Assembly (NCBI GenBank): GCA_043228905.1
Contig: JBHGNT010000064.1
Span: forward strand, 78,738 to 142,737
From: Azolla caroliniana
Lineage: Eukaryota > Plantae > Polypodiophyta
Direction of reading: 5' to 3'
Length of the DNA: 64,000 bases
Within the stretch, counting starts at the first letter, position 1. Every line of letters begins with the position of its first letter. Made by a program: the position numbers and the translations under genes. The notes below the pieces were generated by a model. It was not told the origin of the DNA. It saw nothing but the letters and a program-made list of their open reading frames with translations, and did not search any database. Below are positions 60,516-64,000 of this stretch, piece after piece.

Positions 60516-63500
60516 TGTTGGAATTACGGTCCCTTCGGATGGGATGGTCGGATGTCGGAGATGAATGCCGACAAGCCCGGTTGCGGTTTCGGAACCGGAT
60601 GATGAAGACCCCGACTTCGGAGCCGGACGACGAATGTACCCGGAGAGAGATCCGGATGCGGGGACATATCTGTGAATATGTTTGCCAAGGGCCCTTGAGG
60701 CTATAGTTGTAAATAGCCCTAAAGTCATATGTGTATAAATATGACTTAGGGCAAACAGTTTTGATGTTGCTACTCATTTTTCTGTTTTTCCACTCAAGAG
60801 GAGTGAAGAGAGAGCAGTCGGGAGAGAGATAGAGCGTGAGAGAGGAAGAGGTCGACGCCTCTGTGTATTTCCGCCGCCTGTGGCGAGGACAACGAGCTCA
60901 AGGTCGTCGCCTTGCAGCTCGCCATTGTATACTTCTCTGTGCATAGTTTTGGTTCGGAGTCTTGTACTCCTGTGGTTTTTCCCGTACAGGGTTTTCCACG
61001 TTAAATCGTGTGTCCACTTATTTACTTTTGCATTTCCCATTTTCTGCAACAACGATTCGTGTGTTTCCTTGGTTGTGGCCGAGAGGTGAAGTTTGGAAAG
61101 TGTCGATTATTTCCATCAATTTGGTATCAGAGCGGGCTGCTGCAGAAAATGGAAGGCGGCGGCAGCGGGCAGCCGGGGATGATTGTGCTGAATGCGCAGA
61201 ATTACGCCGACTAGAAGATCAAGATGGAGGATCTTCTGATTGTTCGGGACCTGTACGAACCGATTGACAGGTCGGAAATACCGAAGGGAGTACTTGAGTC
61301 GGAATGGAGGCTTCTGAACCGGAAAGCCGTTGCAACCATTCGGCAATACGTAGACGTTAGCGTTCTACAACATGTGGCGAACGACATCAACGCATATGAG
61401 ATGTGGCGGAAGCTGTCGGGCCTCTATGAGAGGAAGAATGCGTTGAACCGGACCTCTCTGATGAGGAAGATAGTGAACCTCAAGTACCGGGACGGCGAGA
61501 GTATGGTGGAACACGTAAGCACGTTCATGGGATTCGTGAACCAGCTTGCGGCGATCAAGTTCCCACTGGAGGATGCAATGCAAGCCATCATTCTGATGTG
61601 TACATTGTCGGAAAGCTGGGAGAACTTGGTGGTGACTCTCAGCACCTCCTGCACCGAAGATAACTTGTCCCTACAAACGGTAAAGACAAGTATTTTGAAC
61701 GAAGAAGCGCGTCGGAGAGATAAAGAACCGGCCTCCGACTCAAAGGCGCTGCTTACCAAATCGGAACGGGGAAGACAATGGAACCGGAGTCCGCAAAGAC
61801 GGAAGAAGTTGGGGACCCGGTCGCAGTCAAGAGGAAGACCCACATGCTTCCACTGTGGGAAGCCGGGGCACTTCCGAAAGAATTTTCGGCATTACCGAAA
61901 AGACAACAGAGCCGACGACACCGATTCGAAGAAGTCTTCGGAACGGAACGGTGCTTACCGGGGAGCCACGGACCGGAATGGTTCGGATCGGCGAGGGCAG
62001 GACCGGAAAGGAACGACGGCACTCGCGGCAAGTGAAGAGGAGATCATGCTCATCACCGAAGAAGGTGAACTAAACATTGCCTGGGTGGTCGATTCCGGAG
62101 CGTCGTTCCACCTGACCCCGGAAAGAAGATACTTCTCATCCTACACAGCCGGTGAGCATGGCTGTGTTCGGATGGGAAATGAAGGTACGTGCCGGATTGC
62201 TGGCATAGGAGACGTGTGGTTGACAACCCCGACCGGATGCAAAATGCTGCTGAAGGATGTCCGACACGTTCCGGAGGTTCGATTGAACCTGATTTCGGCC
62301 GGGAGGCTAGACGATGAAGGCTACACAGGTAGCATCCGGAACGGCGTAATGAAGTTCAACAAGGGGAGCCTGATAGTGGCTCAGGCCCGGAAAGTCAACA
62401 CACTGTACCTTATGAATGCCTGGTTGTGTCCGGAAGAGTTGAACGTGGCAGCCGACACTGCCGGTGAGCTGTGGCACAAGTGACTGTGCCACATGAGTGA
62501 GAAGGGGATGAAGAGGCTTGCAGAACACAACCTTATTCCAGTGAAGCACGTGCACCTGGAGAGTGCACCGATTGCCTGGCCGGTAAGCAGAACCGAACCT
62601 CCTTCCATTCAAGGCCACCGACGAGACGTAGCGCACCATTGGAGTTGGTGCACACTGATGTGTGTCAGGTAGAAACGAAGTCACATGGCAGAGCCCAGTA
62701 CTTCGTAACATTCATTGATGATCACAGCCGGAAGCTGTGGACGGCACCGTTGAAGACAAAGGACCAAGTGTTGTGCGTCTTCAAAGAACTCCACGCGAGA
62801 GTGGAAAGGGAATCCGGCAAGAAGCTGAAAGCGATACGAGCGGATAACGGAGGGGAATACCGGGGGCAGTTCGCGGAGTACTGTCGCTCGAAGGGAATCC
62901 GGCTCGAGTTTACTGTGCCGAAGACGCCGGAACTGAACGGGTTGGCCGAGAGGATGAACCGAACCATAATGGAGAGGGTCCGGAGTATGCTGGCGCATGC
63001 GAAATTACCCAAGGGGTTTTGGGCTGAGGCAATGTCGACGGCGACATACGTGATAAACAGATCACCCTCAGTACCTTTAGACGGAGACACGCCGCAGAGA
63101 GTGTGGACCGGCAGGGAAGTATCCTACCGGCATCTGAAGGTGTTCGGGTGTCTCGCATATGTGCATGTGGCTAAGGACCGGAGACGAAAGCTAGATCCAA
63201 AGACCCGGCCATGCATATTCCTCGGTTACGGCGATGACGAGTTCGGCTACCGAGTATGGGACCCGGTCGACAAGAAGATATTCCGGAGTCGTGATATCAT
63301 CTTCATGGAGAACAAGACACTCGCCGACTGGGAGTCGGAGAAGAAGATGAAGAGCTCCAAGTCGATCGGTGAGGATCAACTCTACGAGGAGCAGTCCCGA
63401 CCGGCAAGGGACCGGTTAGCACTCGAGGAACCGGCCGAAGAAGATGAAAATGATACCGGAACCGGCCCCGATCCCGAAATGGATTCGGATGAAGAAGAAT

Positions 63501-64000
63501 CGGAAGAACCGGTTACCGAAGCTCCGGAACGGAGATATCCTCTAAGAGAGAGAAGGCCCCCCCGGAGATTTCCGGAACCAGAGCACGTGCTGCTAACCGA
63601 CGAGGGGGAGCCGGAGAGCTTTGAAGAAGCAAAGCATGACACCCAGAGCCGCAGGTGGTTGAGTGCCATGCAGGACGAGATGGATTCCCTGCATGAGAAC
63701 CACACATATGAACTTGTGGAGTTGCCGAAAGGAAAGCGGGCACTTCGAAACAAGTGGGTGTTCAAGCTGAAACTGGGAGATGCCGGAAACCCCCCGAGAT
63801 ACAAAGCCAGGATCGTGGTGAAGGGGTTTTAGCAGAAGAAGGGCGTCGACTTCGACGAGATATTTGCCCCGGTAGTGAAGATGACCTCCATCCGGACGGT
63901 GCTGAGCATAGCGGCAAGCATGGACCTCGAGGTAGAACAGATGGACGTGAAGACGACATTCCTTCACGGCGACCTCGAAGAGGAGATCTACATGCAGCAA
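60516..64000 (+). mobile_element. Tork-like copia 5' part (runs off the window)
   Basis: 5' LTR 60516-61118; PBS-Met 61122-61133; gag from 61149, PR, INT, RT start; several stops. Confidence 0.92.

Overview
This is a gene-free nest of plant LTR retrotransposons; I found no host genes and no complete RNA genes. More than 20 insertions or fragments resolve from LTR termini, primer-binding sites (PBS), polypurine tracts (PPT) and target-site duplications (TSD). They comprise Tork-like and other Ty1/copia elements, two Tcn1/Tf1-like chromoviruses (one with an 11-nt self-priming PBS), a tRNA-Trp-primed gypsy family with 4-bp TSDs, an Athila/Tat-related gypsy with a third coiled-coil ORF, and three copies of a ~3 kb non-coding LTR element. 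This mix suggests heterochromatin of a non-seed plant (inference). Main finding: the Athila/Tat-related elements and the non-coding elements have no PPT next to the 3' LTR. In its place is a conserved ~40-45 nt module resembling the 3' half of tRNA-Arg (T-stem, T-loop with an inserted hairpin, acceptor strand, CCA), seen four times (10379, 11739, 31116, 43843). On the opposite strand it reads as a second, inverted PBS, pointing to tRNA- or tRNA-mimic-primed plus-strand synthesis. tRNA identities and clade names come from recalled sequences and need database confirmation.
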